A DNA stretch of 64,000 nt from a virus. Positions within the stretch are counted from its first letter, which is position 1; each line of letters opens with the position of its first letter. The notes below the pieces were generated by a model, which searched no databases, was not told the origin of the DNA, and worked only from the letters and a program-made list of their open reading frames with translations. The position numbers were made by a program, and so were the translations under genes. This document shows, one piece after another, positions 48,427 to 59,214 of the stretch. The DNA lies in UHGV virus genome UHGV-0310767, one strand, 5' to 3'.

Positions 48427-48894
48427 GTGGTTCCAAAAGCTAAGATTGAAGATTTAAAAAGTAGAGCGGTTGACCCACAAGCTATTCCCTGTATTATTCC
48501 AATTCAAGGTACAGAAGAATTGAATAGTAATATGTGGTTAGATTTACAAAAGGCTCTTAAGGGTGAATATATTCACTTCTTAATTGATGAACTTAATTTG
48601 GAAACTTTGATGGAAGAAGATTTAAGCTATTTTGATTTAAATAGTGAAGAAAAAGCAATTATTAAGTTACCTTATGTTCATACATTAGAAATGATAGGTG
48701 AAGCTATCAGTCTTAATCAAACATGGAATGGTGGAAAGGTTAAACTTCATGAACCCCCTACCACCAATGCAACAAAGGATAAAATAGTGGCAGTAAGTTA
48801 TTGTAACTATATTGCTACTCAATTAGAGAATAAATATGCTATACAAAATCAAAGTGATGGAAGTTGGGATGATGTGTGGCAATTAGTATTTTAA
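48427..48894 (+). CDS. terL: terminase large subunit, exon 3 (C-terminal nuclease part); 5' boundary approximate
   Basis: 155-aa segment ending just before the portal gene. Confidence 0.5.
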   Translation: MVPKAKIEDLKSRAVDPQAIPCIIPIQGTEELNSNMWLDLQKALKGEYIHFLIDELNLETLMEEDLSYFDLNSEEKAIIKLPYVHTLEMIGEAISLNQTWNGGKVKLHEPPTTNATKDKIVAVSYCNYIATQLENKYAIQNQSDGSWDDVWQLVF

Positions 48895-48993
48895 TTATGA
48901 GGGACGGCTGATTCAATTGCTATGAGTTGGCTGTCCTTTCTTTTAAATATATACATAAATAAATTTATGAAGAAAGGAGAGAATAAAATATAA

Positions 48994-50619
48994 ATGAAAA
49001 ATAGCCCAAGAATGCTTCCTAAACAACAGCAAGATAATATTTCCATTCCAAATGCTAATATGTTATCAGAAGAAGAAACATATGACGTAATAAAATTTGC
49101 AAGCAATTTATATGGATATGAAGGTTTTGGTGTATATACTCCATGGCTTTCTAATGAAAATTTAATTAACCTTAACAATAATCCACGTATTCCTGGCAAT
49201 TTAGATGCTATTATTAAGGCGTTAAAAGATTATAAAAGAGAAGCTGGCAATTTACAAGCTTATAGTGAGTTTATGGAAGTATTCGATATGCTCTATAATC
49301 GAACTGTTGAATACTATACTAATCTTCTTTCTTTTGATTTGCAGATTACATGTAAAAACGTAAAAAATCCAAAAGAGGATTATGGTTCTTCCAGATATTT
49401 AGAAGATAAAGCAAGAGTATATAAATTTCTTGACAATTTTGATTATAAATCAGAATTTAGGAGGGTTGTAAAACAGGTATTACGTCATGAAACTCATTAT
49501 GTAAGTTTCAGAAATAATATGAATAAAAATGACCCTAAGTATACATTGCAGACTTTACCTCAAGATAGGTGTTTATTAACAGGATATTTTGAAACTGGCT
49601 TGTTATTTGATTTTGATATGATGTATTTCATTGGAACGCCAGGAGTAGATATAGATTGTTATGACCCAATTTTCAAAAAATATTTAAGTGAAGTATGGGC
49701 CACAGAAGGATTGATGGATTATATACCTTCTAATCCTTTGGATAGTCGAGATGGTACATTTACTCTTTATCATCAGACTAGCCCTATGGATAATTTCTGG
49801 GCTTTTAAGTTCGATATGTCTAATTTTTCCTCTGTTCCTTTTCTTTCTCCATTTTTGAAGAATGTTTTCAATAATACAGAGATTGCTAAGTTACAGAAAA
49901 ATAAAGATATCGCTTCTGCTTTTGGTTTATTGTATGGTGAAATGCGTATGCAGGAATCGGCTAAATCTGGTGAGGTTCCTGATAGGTTTTCGCTAAAGCC
50001 AGAAACATTAGGTAAATTTATGAAATTGGTTTCTACAGGATTAAAAAGTGTTATGACTTCTGATTCTGTAATTAAATCTGTAGCTTTACCTTTAGAGGAA
50101 GCAGAATTTAAACAGTTTGAAGATAAAAATACAGGAATGGCTATAGATGCCGCTAAAGATACTATGGCTAATGGAGTATCAGCAAGTAGACTTTTATATG
50201 CTACAGATAGAATGTCTAATGAGGAACTTATTGCCGCAGTAACAGCAGATTACGAAATTGTAGCTAAACTTTATTCACAATTTAATAATTTCTTAGAGTT
50301 CTACGTCAATCAGAAAACAAAACAGTATAAATTTAAGTTTACTTTTGATGGATGTACTCAACCATTTTGGAGAAAACGTAAGCAAGAATCTATAATGAAA
50401 CTTGCTGATGTTGGATTAGTTCTTAATTCAAGCGCATATGCGGCGGCATTTGGATATAAACCTACAGATTTTGATAGATTATTGGAAGAAGGTCATAATG
50501 GAGGAATGTTGGAAAATCTTTCTCAGTTACTTTCTATTCATAATATGTCTAATCCTGGGGGACGTCCACCATCTGATGAACCTTTATCAGATAGTGGTGA
50601 GAGAAGCCGCAATCAGTAG
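48994..50619 (+). CDS. portal protein (by position and size)
   Basis: 541 aa directly after terL; AAGGAGAG RBS. Confidence 0.5.
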   Translation: MKNSPRMLPKQQQDNISIPNANMLSEEETYDVIKFASNLYGYEGFGVYTPWLSNENLINLNNNPRIPGNLDAIIKALKDYKREAGNLQAYSEFMEVFDMLYNRTVEYYTNLLSFDLQITCKNVKNPKEDYGSSRYLEDKARVYKFLDNFDYKSEFRRVVKQVLRHETHYVSFRNNMNKNDPKYTLQTLPQDRCLLTGYFETGLLFDFDMMYFIGTPGVDIDCYDPIFKKYLSEVWATEGLMDYIPSNPLDSRDGTFTLYHQTSPMDNFWAFKFDMSNFSSVPFLSPFLKNVFNNTEIAKLQKNKDIASAFGLLYGEMRMQESAKSGEVPDRFSLKPETLGKFMKLVSTGLKSVMTSDSVIKSVALPLEEAEFKQFEDKNTGMAIDAAKDTMANGVSASRLLYATDRMSNEELIAAVTADYEIVAKLYSQFNNFLEFYVNQKTKQYKFKFTFDGCTQPFWRKRKQESIMKLADVGLVLNSSAYAAAFGYKPTDFDRLLEEGHNGGMLENLSQLLSIHNMSNPGGRPPSDEPLSDSGERSRNQ

Positions 50620-50745
50620 ATAGGTATAAAATGGTACAAAGCAGTAAAGTGATGTTTAGAGGACTATGTGAAGAAGTATTTAACACTTTGTGTTTCATGT
50701 ACCTTTTTATACTTGTTGGTAAAAAAGAAAGAGGTGAGAAATTTT

Positions 50746-51252
50746 ATGTTGATGAATGAAGAAACGTCAGAAGCATTAGATATTTTATATGGTGCTTTTT
50801 TCGATTTGAACGCTACTTTGGATAGAGTAGCCAGTGTTATGATGAATGGTTTTTCTATGCCAATTGCAGGAGATATTGTACATCATAAATTAAGTCATTT
50901 GATGCCTTTGTTTGCAGATATGATATCTGAGATAAAAGATAATTATAATATTTCATCTATTCGTCCTCCCGTACACAAGGATGATAGAAATTATGATAAT
51001 TTATTAACTATGTTTGAAACTGTATTGAAAGAGTTTTCAGACGTATACGAAATGATTAATAAAGTGGATGATATTGCTATTAAACATAGAGATAGAAATG
51101 TTTCTTCTGATTTAGTAAAAGTATTTCAGAAGTTCAACATTGTTATGGGCCAAGTTATAACTTTACGTGATAAAGCGGCTCAGATGCCTACAGATTTTGA
51201 TAAGTTTGATTTCCATTCTTCTGAATGGGGTATAAAAGGGGTGAAGCTGTAA
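50746..51252 (+). CDS. hypothetical head-morphogenesis protein
   Basis: start at ATG 50746 with GAGGTGAG RBS. Confidence 0.35.
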   Translation: MLMNEETSEALDILYGAFFDLNATLDRVASVMMNGFSMPIAGDIVHHKLSHLMPLFADMISEIKDNYNISSIRPPVHKDDRNYDNLLTMFETVLKEFSDVYEMINKVDDIAIKHRDRNVSSDLVKVFQKFNIVMGQVITLRDKAAQMPTDFDKFDFHSSEWGIKGVKL

Positions 51253-51482
51253 TGGTAATTAGAAAAACACCAGCAGATATTACTTCTTATTGGATTGTAA
51301 AAGATACACAAGAAAATTTACTTTTACAGGCAAATGGTTTATTTCCTAAATATATGGATGAACAATTTTCCTATTATACTATTGATGAATATTTCATAAT
51401 TCTATATTTACAGTTAGTGGATGGATATGGAGTTTGTGGAAAAAGAAGTGAAGATTTGAAAAATATAATGAGAAAGGTGTAG
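51252..51482 (+). CDS. hypothetical protein
   Basis: 76 aa from ATG 51252. Confidence 0.3.
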   Translation: MVIRKTPADITSYWIVKDTQENLLLQANGLFPKYMDEQFSYYTIDEYFIILYLQLVDGYGVCGKRSEDLKNIMRKV

Positions 51483-51490
51483 AATCGTGA

Positions 51491-53323
51491 GTGAAAGAGA
51501 CAGAGGGTAGTATTGTAAAAAATGGTACAATTCGTAATTTTTCTATAGACCTTATCGAAAATTTCATTGAGGATTCTGACCCTGAGTTTGCATATGGTAC
51601 TATGGTATTTTTATCCACAAAACCTAACAGTCATGAGTTAGATATCAGTGAAGATGTGTTACGTGAATGCGCTTCAAGTATATTAGGTAAGTGGGTAGTA
51701 TGTAGGGTGAATCCTTATACAAAAGAAGCAGAAGGTCATTCTCCTTTAGAAGTTATTGTAGGGCAAGTTCCTAAAGACCAGGAAATAAAGTTTAGTTATG
51801 ATAAAGATGGTTATTTATTAGCAAGTGCTGATTTCATTTTGTCTAAAATTTATGCTGTAGACACTTACAATTTGTTTAAAAATGGTAACTTTAGAAATGT
51901 TTCTGTTGAAATGTTGACTAGTGGAACCATAATGGCAGATGGTAGAGAAGATGAAAAAGATGTTTCTCATTTAAGTATTTGTGGAGTTACTATTTTAGGA
52001 AAAAGAATTAATGGAAGTTGCCCTAGTGCAAATGCTCAGTTAGTTCAGTTTGAAGAAAAAGTAACAGAATTTTATGAAAACCATCATATTAATGAACTAG
52101 AAGCACTGAAAAAGTTTGCCGAAGAAGGGAGAAAAGCAATGGCAGATAAGACATATAGAGTAGATAAATCAAAAGATGCAATGTCTGATACTCCATGGGG
52201 AGATGTCAACAAGGAAGAATTAAGAAAAAAGATTATGGAAGCAAGTAATAAAGCTTCTTTAGTCAAAGATGTATATATGGTAGTTGAGGATGGGTGGGAA
52301 GATGCCCCATCTGAAAAGCTTAAATATCCTGTTATGCAGTTTAAGGGTGACACTTTAGTGTATAACAAAGGTGGTTTAAGTTCTGCTTTGGGTTATGCAA
52401 AGGCAGAAAATGATTCAGCAGTAGTAAGTAAAGTAGAAAAAATCCGTAAGGATTTAGACATTGAAGATGAAAATAATGACAATGATAAAAATAAAAATGG
52501 GAAGGAGCGTAAAATGGCAACAGCACAGTTTGAAATTGAAGGGCGTGAAGCCTGGGGCGAAATAATTAAAAAGGTTCAGTCCCATGAAGGAAAAGGCGTT
52601 TATGTTGACAGTGTAGAGAAAGACCATATCATTTTTACCAAAGATGATATTCGCTACAGAGTAGACGCAGATGTAAAAGTGGGTAAGGATGATAAGACCG
52701 TTGATGCGGAAATTCATTGGGGGACAAAAAAGAAGGATAAGGTTCAGAAAATGTCTAAGAAGTCCAAGTTAGATGATGACGAAGATGACGAGGACGAGGA
52801 TGATAATGACGAAGATGAAGGCGGAGAGGGACATAGTGACGAGGACGAGGATAAGAAGCATAGGGCTAATCTTCGTAAATGTTCAAAGTTCATCGAGAAA
52901 CTTTCATCTGATGCCAATGTAGATGCGTCTGCATATATGGAAATGTTAGAGAAGGAAGCTAAAAGAAATAAAGCTTTAGCTGAAAAACTCGCTGAAAAAG
53001 ACCATATCATTATGGAACACGATAAAGAACTTAAAGAATTAAGAAAGTTCAAAGAAGATAAAGATAAAGAAAGAGTTGAAATGGAAGTTTCTAAGACCAT
53101 GGAAGAAGTAAAAGAGTTCGTGGACAAAGAATCTTTTGAGACTCTTAAATCAGAAGGAATGGCTTGTAAGATGGAAGCTATTGATGGCTGGAAGAATAAG
53201 GCCAGAAGTATAGCTTTTGAAAAGAGTCATGGTAAATCACAGAAGTTTAGTTCTGCTGGTTTATGGAGAATGGGCGCACCTATTACGGAACCACATCGTA
53301 AGAGTGGCCTGTGGGAAGATTAA
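51491..53323 (+). CDS. putative prohead protease / scaffolding fusion protein
   Basis: 610 aa between portal and capsid genes; C-terminal half is acidic (DDDEDDEDEDDNDEDE) and coiled-coil, like scaffolds. Confidence 0.4.
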   Translation: MKETEGSIVKNGTIRNFSIDLIENFIEDSDPEFAYGTMVFLSTKPNSHELDISEDVLRECASSILGKWVVCRVNPYTKEAEGHSPLEVIVGQVPKDQEIKFSYDKDGYLLASADFILSKIYAVDTYNLFKNGNFRNVSVEMLTSGTIMADGREDEKDVSHLSICGVTILGKRINGSCPSANAQLVQFEEKVTEFYENHHINELEALKKFAEEGRKAMADKTYRVDKSKDAMSDTPWGDVNKEELRKKIMEASNKASLVKDVYMVVEDGWEDAPSEKLKYPVMQFKGDTLVYNKGGLSSALGYAKAENDSAVVSKVEKIRKDLDIEDENNDNDKNKNGKERKMATAQFEIEGREAWGEIIKKVQSHEGKGVYVDSVEKDHIIFTKDDIRYRVDADVKVGKDDKTVDAEIHWGTKKKDKVQKMSKKSKLDDDEDDEDEDDNDEDEGGEGHSDEDEDKKHRANLRKCSKFIEKLSSDANVDASAYMEMLEKEAKRNKALAEKLAEKDHIIMEHDKELKELRKFKEDKDKERVEMEVSKTMEEVKEFVDKESFETLKSEGMACKMEAIDGWKNKARSIAFEKSHGKSQKFSSAGLWRMGAPITEPHRKSGLWED

Positions 53324-53349
53324 TTAAAAAATAAAGGAGAGAAATTATT

Positions 53350-53898
53350 ATGGCTAACACAATTTTAGTTTTAACGAGAGTTGCGGCTGACAATGTAGAT
53401 GCTTACAATAGGTCAGCTATTGCTACTACTGATGTAATGAATGGAGCATTACTGACTTTGGAGACAGGATTAAGCACTGCCCCTGGAAAACCTTTCGTAT
53501 TCAACGCTACACCTCTGGCAGATGTAAATGCTCATAAGCAGTATTGGATGGCATGTGCGCCAGAAGTAAATACTTTAACTGACGGCACTCTGATTTACAA
53601 AGGCATTAACAATGACCCCAGGAGTTTTACCAATCCTGCTAACATTGAGTTTGATGTATTTGCTGTTCAGATTGGTGATATCGTTCAGTTAAGCGCGCCT
53701 TTCTTTGTGGCGAATTTTGACCCAGGAACCGTTAAGGATGCAACAGTGGTTGAATACGATGCAGTTAACAATGGTATGGTGGCTAAGGTTGCCGCTACAG
53801 AAAGTTATGAGGGGATTCAGTTCAAGATTATTAAGTCCTTCCCATTTGTTGTAGGTAGCGAAAGCGTTCCTGGCTGGTTGTTAGAGCGTGTAAACTAA
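53350..53898 (+). CDS. hypothetical head protein (decoration or scaffold-like)
   Basis: 182 aa; AAAGGAGAG RBS; higher GC. Confidence 0.35.
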   Translation: MANTILVLTRVAADNVDAYNRSAIATTDVMNGALLTLETGLSTAPGKPFVFNATPLADVNAHKQYWMACAPEVNTLTDGTLIYKGINNDPRSFTNPANIEFDVFAVQIGDIVQLSAPFFVANFDPGTVKDATVVEYDAVNNGMVAKVAATESYEGIQFKIIKSFPFVVGSESVPGWLLERVN

Positions 53899-53928
53899 TT
53901 GCGAATAAAATAAGGAGAGTGTAAATTT

Positions 53929-55032
53929 ATGAGAGATTTAAGTATTGTAAAATTCGCCGCAGGAGATGAAACAACTCTGAAATTTGTTGACAGAGTTAGA
54001 GACTATTATTTCCACTATATGTCAGAGGTGGCAAAAAAGACATTGGGAACGTTTGATTCTTCCGTGTCTTTACAGGCGAAAGAGGAAAAGATTAACAAAG
54101 ATTTTATGTTGGAGGTTCAGAAGTTTGCGAACTTCCAGATTCCAGAAAATCTTGAACCAGTTCACATTGCAACCAATCCTACTATCGGCTGGGCCGCTTT
54201 TGCTATTGCGGACATGATTATTCAGGCTGTTTTACCTGAGACAATTATAAATTCCATTGGAGTTTATACTGATATTCGTAATATTGGCTGGGGCGATTCG
54301 GCTCAGTTTGAAATTAAGCCAAGAGCACTTATGACCATTTCTACGGCTGGTCATGGTCAGAGAACCACTTTCAGACAGAAAGAGTTCAGTGCAAACAAGA
54401 CTCTTTTACCTGTAAACCATAACATCACCGTATATGCATCTTTATATAAGGTGTTAGCTGGTAAGGAAAGTCTGGCAGAGTATATTCGTAAGGCTATCCT
54501 GTCTATGGATACAGAAATGACCCGTGATGCTTATAACGCTTTCCATGCTGGCCTTAACGCCGCAGATTATCCTTCTGCCCTGGTTAAAACAGGGTACACC
54601 CAGGATACGCTTTTAAATCTGTGTCAGGTTGTTACTGCTTATAATCAGGGCGATAAAGCGGTTATTGTAGGTACTACTGCCGCTCTGTCTAAGGTTCTTC
54701 CTGATGCCGCCGCAGGATACAGAATTGTTACTAATTCAGAAGCTATTGGAATCCAGCTTATTCGTAACTTCTTTGATTACGATATTCTGGTACTTCCACA
54801 GGTGGCTACTGCTAATTACCAGGATTACAGCTTACTTCTGGATGATAAGGAGATTTATGTTATTTCTCCATCCACTGATAAGCTGGTTAAGGGTGTTATT
54901 GAGGGTGTTACCCTTAACAACAGCAACAACTATTATGATAATGCAAACCTGACCTCCAACTCTACTATTAATAAGAGTTGGGCTTATGAGTTTGTTTCCA
55001 ATGCTACTGCTGGTCTTTTGAAGCTGGCTTAA
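53929..55032 (+). CDS. major capsid protein (putative HK97-fold)
   Basis: 367 aa; strong RBS; elevated GC and codon bias; followed by strong terminator. Confidence 0.5.
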   Translation: MRDLSIVKFAAGDETTLKFVDRVRDYYFHYMSEVAKKTLGTFDSSVSLQAKEEKINKDFMLEVQKFANFQIPENLEPVHIATNPTIGWAAFAIADMIIQAVLPETIINSIGVYTDIRNIGWGDSAQFEIKPRALMTISTAGHGQRTTFRQKEFSANKTLLPVNHNITVYASLYKVLAGKESLAEYIRKAILSMDTEMTRDAYNAFHAGLNAADYPSALVKTGYTQDTLLNLCQVVTAYNQGDKAVIVGTTAALSKVLPDAAAGYRIVTNSEAIGIQLIRNFFDYDILVLPQVATANYQDYSLLLDDKEIYVISPSTDKLVKGVIEGVTLNNSNNYYDNANLTSNSTINKSWAYEFVSNATAGLLKLA

Positions 55033-55052
55033 GCATAAATAATTGATATTTT

Positions 55053-55090
55053 AACGCTGGGAGAAGTCACATTCTTCCAGCGTTTTTTAA
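55053..55090 (+). terminator. intrinsic terminator after capsid gene
   Basis: hairpin aacgctgggagaag...cttcccagcgtt then TTTTTTAAAT. Confidence 0.55.
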
Positions 55091-55117
55091 ATAAAAGAAA
55101 GAAAGGAATGAAAGGAA

Positions 55118-55810
55118 ATGGCAAAAACAAGTACATCTGCACCAAAAACTGGTACAACTAAAAGGGCTGTATCATCTATTGAATCTACAGAAGTAGAAGT
55201 AAATGAAGGAGAAGATAATATGGAAAAGAAAATGGAAGTTTCTAATGATTCAGTTTCAAGAGAAGATTATGAAAAGCTTTTGGCTCAGGTTCAACAGCTT
55301 ACACAGATGGTAGCTATGAATAATTCTAAAACAGCGGCCCCATCTGAATATGCTTCTCCATTAGAAAAAGAAGTAGTTGTGGTAAGCATGTGTTTAGGCG
55401 AACTTAATTTATCTACAGGAAGAAATGGTAAAGGAACTGTTTATAACTTTAAAGAGTTTAATCAGGCTTTAGATATTCCTTTTGGAGATTTAAAGGATAT
55501 TGTAAGAAATAATGCTCGTTTTGTAGACGAAGGATATTTCTATATTGCCGATGCCGAAGCTGTTAAGAAATTAAGAAAAGCTTATAATTACAAGAAGATT
55601 TTAACTCCTGATACTATATCCAGGATTTTTGATTATGATTCCAATACAATTGTATCTATGTATAAAGATGCGCCCAGAGGTCAGCAGGAACTTATTATAC
55701 AGATGATTCGTGATAAGCGACTGAACGCTGAAAAGGTAGATGCAAATGTTATGATGGAATTAGGTAAACTGACGGGTATTGACTTTTTAGGAATGGAACC
55801 TACTGCTTAA
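55118..55810 (+). CDS. hypothetical structural protein
   Basis: 230-aa ORF. Confidence 0.4.
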   Translation: MAKTSTSAPKTGTTKRAVSSIESTEVEVNEGEDNMEKKMEVSNDSVSREDYEKLLAQVQQLTQMVAMNNSKTAAPSEYASPLEKEVVVVSMCLGELNLSTGRNGKGTVYNFKEFNQALDIPFGDLKDIVRNNARFVDEGYFYIADAEAVKKLRKAYNYKKILTPDTISRIFDYDSNTIVSMYKDAPRGQQELIIQMIRDKRLNAEKVDANVMMELGKLTGIDFLGMEPTA

Positions 55811-55833
55811 TAAAAGATAGGAGGTATACTTTT

Positions 55834-56283
55834 ATGGCAACTTCCTTTGATGTGATAAAAGATTCCGCTCTTATTATTATCAGAGATTACAAACTGGATA
55901 AATTATATCAAACTAATCAAGAGAAGTTTCAAGAGTATACTGACGGTATCTTGATTAAAGCTATACCAAAATTTATTGATTGTATCCACCCTTTGGATTA
56001 CAATTTAGCAAATAGAGAATTTATAGGAGATTTAACCATACATGAGCAAAGTATTTTAGCTGACTGGTTTGTATATGTATGGTTAGAAACTCAAATAAAC
56101 GATGTTACACAATTTCAACTTCATCTTACCAATACAGATTTCAAACATTATGCAGAAGCTAATAATTTACAACAAAAGTCTGAATATTTAGACAGAATAA
56201 GAGAAAAAATCAAACAAGATGCTGTAGATTATCAGCTTTTGTATGTGAAAGAGTTTGATTTTTTTAAGGATTTTGTTTATTAA
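55834..56283 (+). CDS. hypothetical protein (head-tail connector region)
   Basis: 149 aa; TAGGAGG RBS. Confidence 0.4.
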   Translation: MATSFDVIKDSALIIIRDYKLDKLYQTNQEKFQEYTDGILIKAIPKFIDCIHPLDYNLANREFIGDLTIHEQSILADWFVYVWLETQINDVTQFQLHLTNTDFKHYAEANNLQQKSEYLDRIREKIKQDAVDYQLLYVKEFDFFKDFVY

Positions 56284-56525
56284 TGGATAGAAAAGCTGTT
56301 ATAAATAAAATATTTAAAACCTTGTATATTTATGAAGATTCTGTAGAGAAGTATTCTAAATATATAGGGAAGTTATTAATTGTTTTATCTGGATTGGAAG
56401 ATGATGAAATAGACAAAGAAGCAATAACCATGATAAAGGGATTGAAAGCTTTAGGAACGGAAGTTGACCATGATATGGTTAAGTCTACAGTTTTTAAAGT
56501 AATCAATATGGTTAAATTAAAATAA
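56283..56525 (+). CDS. hypothetical protein
   Basis: 80-aa ORF. Confidence 0.35.
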   Translation: MDRKAVINKIFKTLYIYEDSVEKYSKYIGKLLIVLSGLEDDEIDKEAITMIKGLKALGTEVDHDMVKSTVFKVINMVKLK

Positions 56526-56540
56526 AAGGAGGATATAGTT

Positions 56541-57812
56541 ATGGCTTTGAAATATTATTTAAATTACATTGACAATTTAGCTATGTCCCCTAATACAGAA
56601 TACAGAAGTGGTATGCAAGCATTAGTGGATGCTCAATGGGATAATACCACTACTAAATACACTATTCAAGAAGAAGCAAATATAGGAACTTCTATCTATA
56701 CTGATATTGAAGTGTATATTAATCATGTAATTAATGAATCCTTTACGGTCCGTAAAAACGGAGATGATTTTAGGAGGCTTATTTTTAAAGAGATTATTCA
56801 AAGCGGACAGAAATCATTTAGAAATGCAAGAGGTCATATGTACAAATTTGATAATAACTATTGGATTACTACATTTACAGATAACTACAATGGAGACTCG
56901 GTTTCTGTAGTTGTACGTAGATGTAATAATATAGCAAAATATGTAGATAAAGAAACGGGAGATATTATAGAAGTTCCATGTGTATTAGATTATACAGCTA
57001 CTTCTCCTTCTCCTAAATATAGTGAAGATATAGTTACTCCTGATAACCATGTTGTTCTTATTGTGCAAGGAAACAATAATACAAAATGGTGGAAACAAAA
57101 TCAAAGGTTTATTTTTAATGGTAGACCTTTTAAAATTACAGGATTTAACAATTATCTTCAAAACAATTATGTAACTCAGGATACTACAATATTATATTTT
57201 GATTTATACCTGGATGAAATTCAACCTAGTGATGATATTGAAAATAGTATTGCTAATCGTTATGATTATGTTTATTCTGTAAATATTTTACAGGGTAATT
57301 TTAGTGCTAAAAAGGGTGATTCTGGTACATTAACAGCAGAAGTAAGGTTGAATAACGAAGTAGTTAGTCGGCCTATTATTTGGAGTTGTATTCCCCCTAC
57401 AGGGGCAAATATTGACTCTGATGGAAATTATACCATATTGGCTGAACCAGGAACAGAAGTGGAGTTTAAGGCCAGTATAAGTCAGTACGAACAAGTAACA
57501 GGCGTTGTAACCTGTCAAGTGGTAGAATCCTTGCCAGAAATCAAAAAGCTTGTAATCGACCCTGTACTAAGTTCTATACCACAGGAACAGAGTAAAACTT
57601 TCAGTGTAAACCTTTATATAGATGGAATAAAACAGACAGATATTGTAAATTATTCTGTTGAAGGAGTGAGTACAAGTTATTATAGTGTAAAAAGAAATAG
57701 TAATGATTTTACTGTTTCCGCTCTAAGGGCTTCTACAAATCCTTTAGTTTTTAATTTCTCTGTTGGAGATATAAAAGAAACTTTAGAAATTAAGTTAAAA
57801 TCGGCATTCTAA
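56541..57812 (+). CDS. structural protein with C-terminal Ig-like (Big_2-type) domains
   Basis: 423 aa; AAGGAGG RBS; C-terminal beta-rich repeats. Confidence 0.4.
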   Translation: MALKYYLNYIDNLAMSPNTEYRSGMQALVDAQWDNTTTKYTIQEEANIGTSIYTDIEVYINHVINESFTVRKNGDDFRRLIFKEIIQSGQKSFRNARGHMYKFDNNYWITTFTDNYNGDSVSVVVRRCNNIAKYVDKETGDIIEVPCVLDYTATSPSPKYSEDIVTPDNHVVLIVQGNNNTKWWKQNQRFIFNGRPFKITGFNNYLQNNYVTQDTTILYFDLYLDEIQPSDDIENSIANRYDYVYSVNILQGNFSAKKGDSGTLTAEVRLNNEVVSRPIIWSCIPPTGANIDSDGNYTILAEPGTEVEFKASISQYEQVTGVVTCQVVESLPEIKKLVIDPVLSSIPQEQSKTFSVNLYIDGIKQTDIVNYSVEGVSTSYYSVKRNSNDFTVSALRASTNPLVFNFSVGDIKETLEIKLKSAF

Positions 57813-57823
57813 GGAGGGACGTT

Positions 57824-58393
57824 ATGTTTAACAATTTTGCAATGTTGCCATCCGTCCCTTATAACATTATAATGACGTTGGCACAAAATAATGAAAATAT
57901 CTTTAAAATGCTAAAGTATAATACTTATGATTGTTTATCCCAGCCTAATTTAACATTTGAAGAAAAAATGGAAATGATTTATAAAAATCAAGACCAGCAA
58001 CAAGACTATAGGATTTTTCTTAATCCTTTAGTTGAGAATATGCAATATGATGCTACTACAATTTTAAAATGTTTTCGCTATGATAATTGGCCTAAAAATC
58101 ATTTGATTGCTGTAGTGGTATATGAGTTTGACATTCTTTTTGGTGATAAGATAGCCATGGTAGAATACAATGGAATCCCTTGTAATAGAGCAGACGTTAT
58201 GGAAATGGAAATAATGAAAACTCTTAATGGGGCTGATATTGGTGGTATTGGACAATTTCAGTTTAATGCTGATTTATCTCAGTATTGTCGTTCAAGAATG
58301 GCTTTAAATAACACAAGAAATTATAACGGATGTACTATTTTTATGGCAGTACAAATTGGTTCTATAGCTGAAAGTGGGTGTTTTAATGTTTGA
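57824..58393 (+). CDS. hypothetical protein
   Basis: 189-aa ORF. Confidence 0.4.
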   Translation: MFNNFAMLPSVPYNIIMTLAQNNENIFKMLKYNTYDCLSQPNLTFEEKMEMIYKNQDQQQDYRIFLNPLVENMQYDATTILKCFRYDNWPKNHLIAVVVYEFDILFGDKIAMVEYNGIPCNRADVMEMEIMKTLNGADIGGIGQFQFNADLSQYCRSRMALNNTRNYNGCTIFMAVQIGSIAESGCFNV

Positions 58394-59186
58394 TATAACG
58401 CCTTATCAAAATTATATTGAAATTGATTCACCCATTCCCTATATAACCAGAAAAAAAGAAACTGTAATGTTATATCCTGTTTTAACAAAAGACGCTAATA
58501 AATTTGTTCCTTCTTATGATATTTTAAGAATAGATAAGAATAAAATTGGTGATGTTAATATTATCCAAAGTTCTTATTTACAGTTTTTATTACAAGTTGT
58601 TTTGTATGATGATTTGTTTGGAGAAGCAGATGGTATTAAATCGCCACATACAATATTTTATTGGAAATTTATTCATATTTTAGAAATGTGTTTTCATTTA
58701 GACAACATAGCAGAACAATTTTTAATAAAAATAAATGACAAAGGAAAATTTATTCTTTTTATAAAAGGTGTTTTAGTAGATTATAAAGATTTTGATAATA
58801 TCATTCAATTGATTATGTATCAAAATGTTTATGGCTATGAAGATGATACTGATATGAACCCAGATATAAAACAGGCTATAGATGAATATTATTCTTTAGT
58901 GAATAAAGGTAAGGAACCAATAACACTTGAACGAAAGATTTCTGTAGTTACGGCTCATAACGGTATAATGAAAAAAGAATTGTTACTTATGACTTATTAT
59001 AGTTTCATGTCTTTATTTGAAGCAGTAGTGGATGAAATTGACTACATTGTAAATAAAAATATTGAAGCTAACGGAGGAAAATTTAAACAACCTATAGAAC
59101 ATTTTGTATATAGAGATAAAAAGAGCAAGTATAGTAATGCTTTTGGAAAGAAAGAAAGTTTAGAAAAAGGATTCAAAAAAATATAG
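58374..59186 (+). CDS. hypothetical protein
   Basis: 270-aa ORF. Confidence 0.4.
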   Translation: MGVLMFDITPYQNYIEIDSPIPYITRKKETVMLYPVLTKDANKFVPSYDILRIDKNKIGDVNIIQSSYLQFLLQVVLYDDLFGEADGIKSPHTIFYWKFIHILEMCFHLDNIAEQFLIKINDKGKFILFIKGVLVDYKDFDNIIQLIMYQNVYGYEDDTDMNPDIKQAIDEYYSLVNKGKEPITLERKISVVTAHNGIMKKELLLMTYYSFMSLFEAVVDEIDYIVNKNIEANGGKFKQPIEHFVYRDKKSKYSNAFGKKESLEKGFKKI

Positions 59187-59214
59187 TTTTAAAATAAGAA
59201 AGGGGCAAAAATAA

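Noticed and set aside
51394-53127. Multiple antisense ORFs (60-127 aa) inside the protease/scaffold gene
   Set aside because: They mirror the acidic and Ser/Lys-rich low-complexity coding sequence on the opposite strand and lack RBS.
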